A stretch of 64,000 bases of DNA, taken from Octopus sinensis. Lineage: Eukaryota. The translations under genes and the position numbers were made by a program. The notes below the pieces were generated by a model, which made no database searches, had not been told where the DNA came from, and was given only the letters and a program-made list of their open reading frames with translations. The stretch lies in contig NC_043015.1 in the NCBI RefSeq assembly GCF_006345805.1, forward strand, positions 52,142,001 to 52,206,000, in the 5' to 3' direction. Below are positions 43,379 through 56,600 of the stretch, piece by piece; the stretch's first letter is position 1; each line of letters opens with the position of its first letter.

Positions 43379-43655
43379 TACATTCATAAACTCGGACACA
43401 TACACATACTCACATATATATGTACGTGTGTGAGTGTGTCTTTGTGTCTATGTTTGTCCTTCACCACCACTTGATAACTGTTGTTGATACGTTTACGTTC
43501 CCGTAACGCAGAGGTTCGGCAAAAAGAGACCAATATGATTTATATGGGGCTTTAGAAATTAAATAGTGCTATCAACACATTCAAGTAAAAAGTGTTGAAG
43601 TTGGCGCCCCGGCATGGCCCCTATTTGATTAATAGGACAAGTAGAAAATAAAAGT
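43120..43655 (+). mobile_element. SINE family A, diverged full-length copy
   Basis: Head, CORE-like segment, internal (TA)/(GA) microsatellite and tail are recognisable. Confidence 0.8.
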
Positions 43656-43967
43656 TAAAATATTTATATAAAGTCTTACTCTGTCTTCATTCGCATGTAA
43701 AGAAATATGCTCATACAAATAAAGAGAGAGGGAGAGAAAAAAGAAAGAAAGAGAGAGATAAAGAAAAGAAAGAGAGAGATAAAGAAAGAGAGAGAGTTAA
43801 AGAAACGAAAAGCGACAGGAAGAAAGAGAACGAGGGAAACATTGAAACGAGTGAAGCTTTAGAAAGTCGGATGTCAAGTGAGTCGGCAGCGATTCAACAG
43901 CACCACTTAGGCGGTGCCAAAATAGCTGTTCCGAAATATTGCGGCCCCAATTTCACTCTATCCTACT

Positions 43968-44009
<42 letters not shown>

Positions 44010-44250
44010 ACTGATTGACCCTTACCTAATAAAATCTCTATATTCACTGATTAACCCCCTTGAGCTATCCCTTCCTGTATAACTGCAAAACTGTATCATA
44101 CCTGCTTCTACGCAAGATTAAATCAAAACTTATGATTTCATAACACTGAGTCATGATTAGCGAAGCAAACGCTGACGATTCTGTACATATTACAATGGAT
44201 CAAATATTCTTTACACAAACAAGAATTCCGTGCTTTTTCACCTCAAATCT

Positions 44251-44286
<36 letters not shown>

Positions 44287-45777
44287 TGTGTGCGTCTGTG
44301 CGCGCGCGAGAGTGTGTGTATGTGTGTGTAATTATAAAGCCTGTTATGTGATAGGGTTGATAATTATTGAGAACTTTGTCTCGGCATGAAAGCAACGGTA
44401 GGCTTTTTAATCCCCAAATAAGTATAGTTATCCGCCAATGCGATGTTGAGCACTTATTCTCATTGTTCAAAGTATTAGCGAATATTATATATATATATAT
44501 ATATATATCTATATATATATATATATATATATAAATATATGCATTATATATATGTATATATGTTTTATATATATTATATATATATATATATATATAATAT
44601 ATATGCAATATATATATATGTATAGTGTGTTTATATATATATATATATATATACATACATACATTAAAGAAAAAATTTATATATATATATATTTAAGGGG
44701 GACAAAATTTGAGTGGTTTGCAGATATTTGTCATGTACTCCTAGTGTATTGGCCTTGTCCCTCCAGCGCCTTTAATCATAATTATATATTTTTAATTATA
44801 TACTTAAATATTAATTTTACCGATATGGTGTTTATTATAGACTGGTCACTGGTATAATGATTTTAATGATTATATCCTCAATCTATACGCATCTACACAC
44901 ACACATATGGAAGTTGTGTACGAAACGTAACATTAAAAGCGCATTCCTATGATAGTGAAAAGACGTCAGAAAGTTTTTGAAAACTCCTAATAGATTTATA
45001 ATGGTTTTTATTTCGAATATTCACTTGTTTAATCAATGTCACTCTAACTCTATCATATAATAAGAGAGAAAAATCTATAGAGGAAGCCTAAAAAGCAACG
45101 ATTAAGTGTTGATGAAACAAAAGTAGTATTTTCTTTTGCTCTGAACAAGATAATATCTTCAGCAGAACTGATGCAGGTTTCATTTTTCAAGCAAATTGGT
45201 TCGTGGGTACGATCTATGAAGATAGTAAATTCTAAGTGACCCGCAGGATTGTTCTAAATTGATGTTACTCCAGAGAGAGAAGATAGAGCAAGAACTCTTC
45301 TACTGGAGGAAATAAATGGTTATCTCTTTTGTATTGAGAAATTGTTTGTTTTTCTTTCTTTCTAGAGCCAGGTGTTTTTGGAGACGGAAAAAAAGACTCG
45401 TATTTTCTCTTTTCTTCTGTATGTTATTTTTCCAAAGCATATAACGTATTCAAACATCCTTTTCAAGTAAAATAGCTGTTTGAGATTTAAGTGATAAAGA
45501 TAATTAAAGATTAGAGTCACCACATTTGTGCGTATACGTATATGTGTATGTATGTGCGTGAGTGTGTGTATACGTGTGTGTGTGTATGTGTGTGTGTGCA
45601 TGCTTGTGTGTGTGTGTGTGTGTGCGTGTGAGTAGTTTTGGTGGAAGAAAAGTAATGGGAGGAAACAGAACTCTGTACATGACTATAGATATCCTTTTAA
45701 GTTTGTAATCAGCAGAAAGTTAAAAATGTGACTCATGGCCCCTAGAGTTTCGTGCGTGACATTTGTCGAGCAATACA

Positions 45778-45850
<73 letters not shown>

Positions 45851-46917
45851 AGATACACGTATATACATATATATATATATATATATATACACATATGTAT
45901 GTTTGTGTATGTATGTATGAATGAGTGTTTGTGTATGTTCATATATAGAAGAAGAACAAAAATGGAGAGAGTCACATTTATATTAATATTTGAATATTTC
46001 CATTGTAAATAACACCATCAATTATAATTATGCTTTTCCTATACTCTAATAATCATAATTTTCTTTTGTTTTGTTTTATTAGCACATATTAATACGTAGA
46101 TAACCAAATGTCGTGACATAGTAAATCTATGTTTATTTTTCTGCTTTCCTTACCTACTGACGTCATCATAAGTTTAAACACTAAACTGGCATTTCTTACA
46201 ATATTATACTTGTTCTTAATGCTCTTTTTGTATGATATCATTTATTAGAGACAGCTTCTGGTTTCACCATGAATTTAGCCCATTTTGGATTACCTCATAA
46301 CGTTGGTTTACGTATATTTTCGCTTTTATTTCGGGCATTTTCTCGGTATCTAGATATGTTGGCACGGTAGAAACGATTGCCGCTTAGTTATATATGGTGC
46401 AATCGTCAATTAATAAAGTAATATTCTTCATTCTTGTTCTTGTTGCTATGTATTCTGAATTTCTTTAAATTCTTCTGTGCAGTATTTCAATTTACTAGTC
46501 ATACCTGAAGAATTACCTCGGATGTTAATTCTTCTTGAATTTATTGGTATCTGACCTACTTGATATAATTACGAAAGGTCTTTTAACTTTAACACTGAGT
46601 GCTTTCAAGACATCCGCCTAGATTTATTAATACCATTTACATATATACACACATACACACACACATACATGCATGTATCCATTTGTATTGGAAGATTCCT
46701 GATGTGAAATCGCGTGTTGAAAAAAAAAATTGTTGTATTTTGAGATGGTCATTTTTTGTTTCGTTTTGTTTGTTTTTTTTTGCCAAAGAAAAACACGCAC
46801 TATATACTTGTTCTTCCCTCGTTTACTACTGTTCTTATTTTAACTCACGTCCATTGGCTGGAGATCCTTTGTCACACATCTGTGACCTCTCCAATGACAC
46901 TTTTCGTTTATGTATGT

Positions 46918-46984
<67 letters not shown>

Positions 46985-46997
46985 GACACACACACAG

Positions 46998-47035
<38 letters not shown>

Positions 47036-47574
47036 ATATATATATCATAAATATATGGACAAATATATAGAAGAAATATTGAGGGGTTATTAATCCGGAC
47101 AAAATGCTTCATAAGCTCTCTGTTGGTACACCAGGCTGACAATATTGTTTAGTTCAGTGAAAAGCTGCAAATGTTCTTATATTTAGAAGGTTGGTTGTTA
47201 TGGATGGTCAGAGAGTGACTATTTGTTTCGTACCTACAAACTGCTTAGCTGTCTAGGCGTATGACGTGATTCAAATGCCCGGAGGCACATAACGTATTTA
47301 CAACTTGAGGAGGAAAATATCATGCTCAGTTAGTTTTATAAGCAAAAAATATATATCCAGAACTAACCCTGCAAGTTGGCTTTCAAGTGGGAATCCCAAG
47401 CTTGCAACTGGAAACTTCACTGATGAGGGCATTGACTAAACACCTCTTTTCTAGAGTTTAAAACCTAGATTGAGGATAGTTGGATATACTCATGCACACA
47501 CACACAAACGCACACACAAACGCGCGCACGCACACATAAACACAAATACACACGTATGCACGTACACACAAACA

Positions 47575-47610
<36 letters not shown>

Positions 47611-47627
47611 ACACACACACACACACA

Positions 47628-47663
<36 letters not shown>

Positions 47664-49228
47664 CATTATATTTATTATATTTATATTTATTATATTATAT
47701 TTATTTCGTATATTTTCACTTGTTTATTGCTTTGGTTTTGTGCTGAGTTTGATCTGAGAACAATCTTTTGTGGAGAATGGCGATTTGACGTCTATATCTA
47801 GCATGTTGACTGTCCACTTTTCGTGTTCAGTCCTTAATTGGTATATATATATAACGGAAGTGCATCAATCTCTGCATGTCGACATTATATTTTTGTAGAA
47901 ATTTTTGTATTGGAAACATGTTAGACTTAAATCCTACTTTCAACGACGCTTCTAATTTTTTCTTGAGTCACGATAGTCAGCATCTTCACAGCACCCAGGT
48001 TCTCGTCCTTCAATATCTACTCAGATAATGCAGTAAACTCATAATTCTTTTAGGCCCACGGCGTGTGAACATGCTTCATTTTTGCCTCACAATATCCCAT
48101 AAAGACTATGACTATAATCAAAGCTATTTCTATCTGTTATTATACTATAGGGATTATATAAATTCGACCCCATAATTATTAAATATATTATTTAATATTT
48201 CACCATTTTGGATGCTATGACTCATCTCCAGTATTTGCTATTTCTTCGTTACAGGAATCGACAAACCTTTCCTCGTGTCATCAAGAAAAAGTTGATGGCT
48301 TCAATTTCTTTCTTCCCTCTCTCTGCCTCTCTCTCACTCATTCTCTTTTCCTTTATAGGTCACCGAACCTCGCCAAAACTAAACACCAATAACAGAGTAC
48401 TATCCAAGCCTAGTAAGATTATCTATGATATAAAACAACCCAAATCAATGTAATCTCTACAAGCAGTTTCCACCTTACTGGAATAACGAGACTAAGACAA
48501 AACCCTATTACAATCATTTAAAAATTCACTACATATAGTTATTTTTTATTTGTTTTGACGAGTATGTGTGTATTTGCGTGCGTGTGTGTGACTTTATGTG
48601 TGTGATTGGTGATTGTGCGTGGTAGTGTGTGTGTGTTTCTGTATGTCTTTCAATATATAGACAACGCAATGCAGACTTTCACTTTGAACGATTTATGAAA
48701 GTACGTGTATCGTTAACAAATGTTTTTTGTTGTTTTTTTTACCGGCGTCGTGGCGACGGAAAACGCCCAAGTTAATATAATAGCATGTAAAAACAAACTT
48801 TTATGAAAAGAACTGCACCAAGAATGCGAAGAAGGGAATATTCCAAGAAGTATTTTCACGAATGTCTTTCTTCCACTTTAAAGGTTAACCAAACTGACAA
48901 TTCCAATCTTCACATCTTGGCAAGAAAATGTAAGATCTTATTCATTAAACTTTCTCCGGAATAATTGAAATTGAGTGAAGTAGATTTAGTAAACTATTAG
49001 CGTTAGTAAAACTACTTCCGATTGTGTAAATCGTTAGGGATTAGTTTCCGGTTAGAATTAATTACATCAATTCAGCAAAGAGCACGTAAGATGCCATAAT
49101 AGGCTTGTATGTAACACGTTTGATACACAAACGTGTGCGCTGGGTATAACATAGCGGAAACAGCTGTAAGCTAATGAAAGTTAATTACGTAACTGCACTT
49201 CACTTGTTATTCATTTATTAATTAACAG

Positions 49229-49329
49229 GACGCCCAGTAATGATCCACTCGTTCATATAAGAGTCTGGACTGCAAGATATCGAGGAATTGAGCCTCCCCC
49301 GTCTCCGATGTCAGAGCTCAGCAAAACTG
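49229..49329 (+). CDS. Candidate internal exon (W)TPSNDPLVHIRVWTARYRGIEPPPSPMSELSKT; an alternative donor lies at 49337
   Basis: Acceptor ttcatttattaattaacag|; only one frame is open (phase 2 start). Donors are CTG|GTAACA (phase 1) and ATT|GTGAGT (phase 0). Confidence 0.3.
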
Positions 49330-49468
49330 GTAACATTGTGAGTACTATGTATAAATATATTAAGTCATAACAGGTGGTTATTAGGCACTACTATGGCAAA
49401 TATGCATACTATTATGTATGTATGTATGCATGTATGCATACATATATATATATATACATGCATATATG

Positions 49469-49517
<49 letters not shown>

Positions 49518-49545
49518 GTACATACATATATATATATATTATATA

Positions 49546-49598
<53 letters not shown>

Positions 49599-49604
49599 AA
49601 TCAT

Positions 49605-49800
49605 TTCTATTATAGGCACAAGGCCTGAATTTGGGGGGAGGGGACTAGTCAATAACATCGACCCCCGTGTTTCGCTGGTACTTAATTTCTCGACCCCGAA
49701 AGGATGAATGGCAAAGTCGACCTCGGCGGAATTCGTAGCGACAGGCGAAATGCCGCTAATAATTTCGTCTGGTGTGCTAACGATTCTGCCATCTCGTCGC

Positions 49801-49857
<57 letters not shown>

Positions 49858-49955
49858 CCTTTCTGCCATAGTCACAACGCCTGAAATTTGGGGGGAGGGG
49901 GGCAGTCGATTAGATCGACCCCGGCGTGCTAACGTTTCTGCCAACTCGCCGCCTT
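49605..49955 (-). mobile_element. Two SINE family B copies separated by (AAT)n
   Basis: Short-tail variants whose heads abut (TAA)n (ctcgtcgcgttaataat; ctcgccgccttaataat). Confidence 0.85.
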
Positions 49956-50004
49956 AATAATAATAATACTAATACTAGTAATGATAATAATAATAATAAT
50001 AATA

Positions 50005-50043
<39 letters not shown>

Positions 50044-51077
50044 TAATAATAATAATAATAATAATAACAATGATGATAATAATAATAATAAGAAGAAGAA
50101 GAAGAAGTGGAAGAAGAAGAAGACAACAACAACAACATTAACAACAACAACAACGACAACAACGACAACAATAACAACAAGATAAAGAGGGAGAAGAAGA
50201 AAAAGAAGAGGAAGGAGAAATGGAGGAAGAGGAAGAAGAAGGAGAACATCAACAATAACAACAATAACATCAAAATGAAGAAAGAGAAGAAAAAAGTGGA
50301 AGGAGACGACGAGGAAGGAGAAGAGGAAGAAAAAGAGATCTAGAACAACAACAAGAAATAATAACAACAATGTTATTAATAATAAGAATATATTATTATT
50401 ATTATTGTTGTTGTTGTTGTTGCTGTTATTATTATACTTAATGATAGTGGAGAATATATTTAAGATGGCGATAGATAGTGATGAGACAGAAGCTAGAACG
50501 ACCACGTGACTCTTTGAGCAGATATCACTCCTAGCGGAAATAATACGGTAGACATTCTTATTCCTCAGCTTCAGACTTCATAACAATTTGTTTATTGACG
50601 ATAAAAATTCTTTTTTCTTAAGCAATTCCAGCGTTTATGTTCATTCTTCTCAATTTCAGATGTGATTATTGCTGCTGCTGTTGTTGTTGTTGTTGTTGTC
50701 GTCTTTGCTTGCTATGTATTTATCCATTTTTGTGTTTGTTTGTTTGTTCGTTTTACGTGTTCAAGTCATTACTCTGAGGCCATGCTGGGGCACCGGCTTG
50801 AAGAGTTTTAATCGAACGAGTCAACCCCAGGACTTAGTTTTCGCAGCATTTGATGAATGATGATGATGATGATGATGATGTTGATGATGATGATGATGAT
50901 GATGGTGATGATGTTGATGATGATGATTGTCTTCGTGATATTCTTACAATTTCTGTTGCTGCTATTCGTGTTCTTCACTATTTTCCATTTCCATTTCAAT
51001 TATTATTTTTGCAACAACGAACTGGAACAACATCTATGATGATGAAGACGATGATAATAATAATAATAATGATAATA

Positions 51078-51116
<39 letters not shown>

Positions 51117-51118
51117 TG

Positions 51119-51169
<51 letters not shown>

Positions 51170-51180
51170 TAATAATAAAC
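49955..51180. repeat. (AAT), (GAA), (AAC) and (GAT) trinucleotide arrays; a SINE B copy follows at about 51230-51400 on the minus strand
   Basis: Seen directly. Confidence 0.9.
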
Positions 51181-51719
51181 AATTGTTTCGCAGCTTTCAC
51201 AGCTTGTGCAGAATAAGCTATAAAGACAGGGTAACAAAAGTTGCAGTCGCAGAAAAACCAAAAATACAAAGACGCCTTATTTTCGAGAGGATGATAGATA
51301 AAGTCAACCAGGTCGGAATTTGAACTCAGAACGTAAAGACGGACGAAATGCCGCGAAGCATTTTGCCCTGCCTTCAAATGATTCTAGCAACTCGCCGCCT
51401 TTTCAGCAACAGTAATATTGACTTCTGATTTAGATACAATGTTTAAAATTTTGTGAAGCGGAAGAGAATCGACAGCATCACCTGGGGCTTTCTTTTCTCG
51501 ACCCCGAAAACATGAAAGATGCTAACTCACTACAGCGGAATATGAAACCTCACATAGAGGTCGGAACGACACCTCAATATACTTTTTCCATATCCTTAAT
51601 GACTCTACCCGATAAACATATTTGCTGACTCAAATACAAAATAAAAATCATTGTTTCTCGTGAATTTTTTAATATAAGAGGCCCACTGAATATCTTTATT
51701 GGTCTTCTTGAATATTGGG

Positions 51720-51815
51720 GTCGACAGAGTCAACTTATTCTCTTAGGAATGAGAACCCAGGTTCGAAATTTCCCCAAGACACCTTATGAAGGCTAGAGGG
51801 TATATCTCTAGTGTG
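51720..51815 (+). mobile_element. PLE-terminus-like fragment with a decayed hammerhead-like motif
   Basis: CTTATGA-agg-CTAGAG(ggtatat)CTCTAG; the GAAA box is missing. Confidence 0.3.
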
Positions 51816-51839
51816 CACGTACTCTTGTTGTTATTGGGA

Positions 51840-52050
51840 ACAGATGACGCATGATCGAATCGGTTTGAAAACAAATGATCTACAATAGATGTAATGCATT
51901 TCAAGCTCGAAGAAACGAACAATCTATCTTGAAACGGGTACTTCGTAGACAGGACTTAACTACAATCCCAGACACCCTTCTGCTTAAAAGTATTGGTAAG
52001 ATCTGCAGTAGAGTTTGTTTGTCAAGAGCTGCACTTGCTAATCATATAAT
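51840..52050 (+). mobile_element. RTE-clade LINE 3' remnant
   Basis: AFQARR....LKRVLRRQ...IGKICSRVCLSRAALANH resembles the RTE C-terminal FE..R..KR..RK / C..C.R.C.SR.GL.SH pattern. Confidence 0.5.
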
Positions 52051-52549
52051 CTTATGATAATATTTATTAATTGATGAGATGGCCTTCTACTGTAAAGAAG
52101 TTGCAATCAAATATATATATATAGATAGATAGATAGATATAGACATATATATATATATGCATATATATCTACATATATATATTTATAAGAATTTTTTGCG
52201 TAATGAGATAAAAGAAACCAAGGCTGTGTAGATATTAGAACATTTATAGACCTTCTATCTATAAATGTTCTAATATCTACACAGCGTTGGCTTTTTATCT
52301 CATTACGCAAAAAGTTCTTATATACACACGCTGACATAGAACCAACGTTGAACCCCTTATTCGCAAAATTACCGAATCTGGAACTTAACTATGGTCTGTC
52401 TATAGCACCTATTCATCATTACCTGACACATTTGGGTCTCAATGATACCATTATCTCTTATATATATTTGTATATATATATATTAATTCACATACCACAT
52501 ATATATCTATATATATGTATATGTTTATGTGTGTATATATAAATATATG

Positions 52550-52609
<60 letters not shown>

Positions 52610-52623
52610 TGTACATATACGTG

Positions 52624-52669
<46 letters not shown>

Positions 52670-53586
52670 GTATATAAATAGATGTGCAGATCACGACGAA
52701 ACGTTAACGTGTGCAAACAAAAACATTAGTTAAAAGATTTGCAAAGTAAAGTTAGCAACGACCAATCATTGATACTTTGTAGGATGCGAGATTTATATTT
52801 CGCAATAGCCTGGATTATAATAAAGACCTATGACATAATACCATGCTCCTTTACAAGAGAGTTAATTACAAAGTGTATGAGTTAATGGAAAAGCGAATTA
52901 AGCTATTCTGACGTAGAGGGAAGAAGTATTAAGATCAATAGTCGAATCCTTCAGGGTGAGATCGTGTATTTCCTTTGTATTTTGTGATATAAAGATTCTT
53001 TTAATGCGGCTACTTAGAATGATAAGTGATGGATATATTATTAAAGGTAGAATAAAAGAAAATCATCTCGTCTTTATAGACTTGGAGCTGTTCGCAAACA
53101 ATAACGATCAACAGAACATGAATTTATTAAAGATTTTGCTAAGATATCGAGATGAAACTAATTAATCACAAGAAGCGGGGTCAGTGCCGCTGACCTTTGG
53201 AGGCATTCCCAGATAAGTAATATTGGTGATGTAGCTTTGCAGTTTAGCTTCTTAACGCTTATAGAAGTGAAAAAAATAATGATGAAAAAATAAAAAATAA
53301 AGAACCCGAACGAGAAGGAATTCGAGAATGTTGAAATGCTGGCTAGAAGAGTTAAGACTAATTAGGAGTGACGCGAAGAGGCGCGATGATGGGTTTGGTG
53401 CTAAAGATATGTAGCTTGATAGTTCAGAGAAAAATTGGGCGTTCTAGTTCTGAAAGAATTAGCGGTTAGATGAAACTTCACGTGGATGCGCGTGAGAGAG
53501 AGAAAGGGAGTGAGTGAATGAATCCAGACGGTGAGTGAGACTTTGCAACATGTCTATATGGTTGTTTTTTTATACGTTCAGACATA

Positions 53587-53805
53587 CAAGGGAGCGCTGA
53601 AAGGTTCCTGACGTTAAGGTTATCATGAAAGGCCTAGTTGGAGGCCCAACCTTCTGAGTTCTTTTACAGGGCTTGGCAAAACTGAAGGGCCGCTGCAACA
53701 GTGTGTGAATCTCCGAGGAGAATATGTTGAATAAAATCATAATTAACTGATCCTCCTCCTGTATTTTCTTTTACCCAAAGCCAGGAACTTTTCAACACCC
53801 GCTCG
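53587..53805 (+). mobile_element. Mariner-derived MITE, 219 bp, TA target duplication
   Basis: TA|caagggagcgctgaaaggttcctgacgtt ... aaagccaggaacttttcaacacccgctcg|TA, with imperfect TIRs. It retains a transposase C-terminal remnant, GLAKLKGRC..CVNLRGEYVE*. Confidence 0.85.
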
Positions 53806-53925
53806 TAAGTTTGTATAAGGCTTACACAGAATATGTTCTGGGGTCGATTTGCTCGACTAAATCGGTGCTCCAGCATGGCCGTAGTCAAATGACTGAAACA
53901 AGTAAAAGAGAAAGAAGAATATATA

Positions 53926-55244
53926 CAAGGGAGAGTAAAAAATTATACGCACGCTTGTTTCTTTAATGTATTTAAACAAAAGCAGGAGATAAACATATAC
54001 GTCATTTTTTTCTATATAGTCTCCTTCCTTTTCGATGCACTTGGTCCAGGGGTCCACAAGCTTGCGTATTCCCTCCAAGAAGAAGGTATTTAGTCGGTCA
54101 CAACCATTTATGCACCGCTTCCTTCACATCTTCATCCATAGGAAATCGATGACCTCGTAAACTATCTTGGAGCAATCCAAAGATATGGTAGTCGGATGGG
54201 CGAGATCTGGGCCGTGGACAGGATGCACCAGCATCTCAAAACCCAATTGGTTAATGGTTTCGACGGTCTGGGTGGTCGTGTATGGGCGTGTATTGTCATG
54301 CAACAACAAAGCTCTCTTCGACAATAGGCTTCGGCTTTTGTTGCAAATTGCTGGCTTCAGTTTGTTGGCTAGCAAAGCACTGTATCTTGCACTGTTGATT
54401 GTAGACCCCTATTCCAGAGAAATCAGATTACTGCTCTTTGTTCTAGTTTGATGCACATTGCTAATGGAGCGGCCATGCTTACACTGTGAAGCTAGAAAGA
54501 AAAATAGCGCGATCAGGCTCTAACTTCGATCACATGACCACAGTAGTACCAACTATAATCATGCATGCGCAGAAAACAGTGTGATTATAAAGATATGCTA
54601 TGGCGAGCTAGCAGAAGCGTTAGCACGCCGGGCGAAATGCTTAGCGGTATTTCGTCTGCCGCTACGCTCTGAGTTGAAATTCCGCCGAGGTCGACTTTAC
54701 CTTTCATCCTTTCGGGGTCGATAAATTAAGTACCAGTTACGCACTGGGGTCGATGTAATCGACTTAATACCTATGTCTGTCCTTGTTTGTCCCCTCTATG
54801 TTTAGCCCCTTGTGGGTAATAAAGAAATAGGTATTATGTTTATAGCTACGTTCTGAGTTCAAATTCTGCCGAGGTCGACTTTGCCTTTCATCCTTTCGGG
54901 GTCGATTAAATAAGTACCAGTTACGCACTGGAATCGATATAATCGACTTAATCCGTTTGTCTGTCCTTGTTTGTCTCCTCTGTGTTTAGTCCCTTGTGAG
55001 TAGTAAAGAAATAGGTATTTCGTCCGTCTTTATGTTCTGAGTTCAAATTCCGTTGAGGTCCACTTTGCCTCTTATCGTTTCGGGATCGATAAATTAAGTA
55101 TCAGTTACGCACTGGGGTCGATGTAATCGGCTTAATCAGTTTGTCTGTGCTTGTTTGCCCTCTCTATGTTTAGCCCCTTGTGGGCAATAAAGAAATAAGC
55201 TATGTTATGGCGAAAGTGCGGATAACTTTTAAAGCACACACACG
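53926..55244 (-). mobile_element. Internally deleted mariner transposon interrupted by a SINE B trimer
   Basis: On the minus strand, N-terminal MAAPLAMCIKLEQRAVI.FL is fused to TINSARY...LLHDNTRPY...HP..GPDLA(P)SDYHIFG...EGIRKLVDPWTKCIEKEGDYIEK. The ends TA|caagggagagtaaaaaattatacgcac and gtgcggataactttt...cacg|TA are imperfect TIRs. Confidence 0.85.
54602..55198 (+). mobile_element. SINE family B trimer (one head plus three body/tail units) with a 13-bp TSD
   Basis: Joins aaagaaata|ggtatt at 54829/54830 and 55013/55014. The flanking repeat is tatgctatggcga (54594-54606) and tatgttatggcga (55201-55213). Confidence 0.9.
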
Positions 55245-55789
55245 TATATATATATACACACACTTTAATTTACACAATTTACAAAACAGCTTCTAACAAT
55301 TTCATACTTTAAAGATACAATTACATTGAAGACTTATATGACATCCTATGTATCTCCAAACATGTAATTCCGCTTTGTAAGATTTTGGTTTTCGTTTTCT
55401 TGATATATTTTTACCTTTCTTCTCGGTCCAATTTTTACATCAACCGCATTTGCATCCCCCACACCTATGCATTCTTATAGACCAGCGTCCTGGTTTTTAA
55501 ATACATCTAACGATATGCACCGAGCCCTAAAGATTGGTTGGAGATACACAGCATATTATATAAATACGTCTCTCTCTAAAGAACGAAAATATTAGTAGCG
55601 CTCAATTGTAAATTGCGTATATTAAATAAATGATATTTATCTCTCAGTACTATGGATGGAGTACATTTTTTTTGTTGTTACTTCCTATAGCGAAATACAC
55701 ACATACATATATACATATACATATATATATAGAGAGAGAGACTGGTGGATACCGGGAAGATTGTGAACATCAATGAGATGTAAGAGGTG

Positions 55790-55920
55790 TTTAGGAAAAA
55801 AAGGTTAAACTGTGAAAGCTAATGGGATATAATTACCTGATAAGGAACACATAAAACAAGTTGATACAGAAACCTATAAATATTTAACTACAACAGTTTT
55901 AGATAAGATGTTTTCATCTA
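55790..55920 (+). mobile_element. Small R4/Dong-type RT C-terminal remnant
   Basis: GI*LPDKEHIKQVDTETYKYL resembles the ITLDKTNEIKEL...TYKYLGI segment of the element at 21417. Confidence 0.35.
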
Positions 55921-56029
55921 AACTAATGTATACGCTCTACTTAGAAACAAGTACAGGTACGGTACATTTTTACCGAATCCTTAATGGCAGACCCCTTCCA
56001 GACAGATTATCGCGTTCGCCGGATTGAAA

Positions 56030-56286
56030 GGATGTTTCGTAGACGAAAAATAAAAGAAGGCTGTCATATATATACATATATATATATATAAGGAAAGTTT
56101 ACGAAAAAACAAAAGACGAAGACAGGTGGTGTACAAACAAACAGATGTATTAGTATAACGCTCAGGAATAGAAAAAGTCTTTCACGTTTCGAGCCTACGC
56201 TCTTCTACAGAAAGGGACACAGAAAAAAACAAGGAGAGAAACAAGGAAAGAAAAAATGTGTGTAGTGGCCAACGATCTATCATGGT

Positions 56287-56345
<59 letters not shown>

Positions 56346-56600
56346 TGTGTGCATGTGTGTGTGTGCGTGTGTGTGTGTGTGTGTGTGTTTGTGCCTATGT
56401 ATCTGTTTTTGTCCTCCTCCCCATCATCGCTTCACAAGCGATGTTGTTGTGTTTACCTCCCCGTAACTTAGTCGTTCGACAAAACGGACCGATAGAATCA
56501 CTACGAGGCTTTAATGGAAATAAGTCCCTGGGGTGGACTTCTTTGACTAGAAGGCGGTGCTCCAGCGTGGCCGCCGTAAAAGAATAGAAGAATTTATAAA
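56030..56600 (+). mobile_element. SINE family A interrupted within its microsatellite by a PLE-terminus-like element
   Basis: ...gtagacgaaaaataaaagaaggctgtc(TA)n, then the insert, then (TA)(TG)n...catcgcttcacaagcg...ggcggtgctccagcgtggccgc. Confidence 0.8.
56090..56289 (-). mobile_element. ~200-bp PLE-terminus-like element with a hammerhead-like motif
   Basis: The minus strand carries CTGTAGA-AGAGC(gtag)GCTC-GAAAC at 56186-56210. Homologous to 19082-19258 and flanked by (TA)n on both sides. Confidence 0.65.

Noticed and set aside
48359-48412. 54-nt pseudo-exon GHRTSPKLNTNNRVLSKP with a good acceptor and a GTAAGA donor
   Set aside because: The acceptor derives from a CT microsatellite, the phase is incompatible with the 43111 donor, and there is no homology. 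It is kept only as an alternative.
52950-53170. ORF containing VFIDLE, like the RT FIDLEKAFD motif
   Set aside because: An isolated partial motif, insufficient to annotate a LINE.
54602-55198. Regularly spaced repeats that could be mistaken for a CRISPR array or satellite
   Set aside because: The units are SINE bodies with no unique spacers, the context is eukaryotic, and there are no cas genes.
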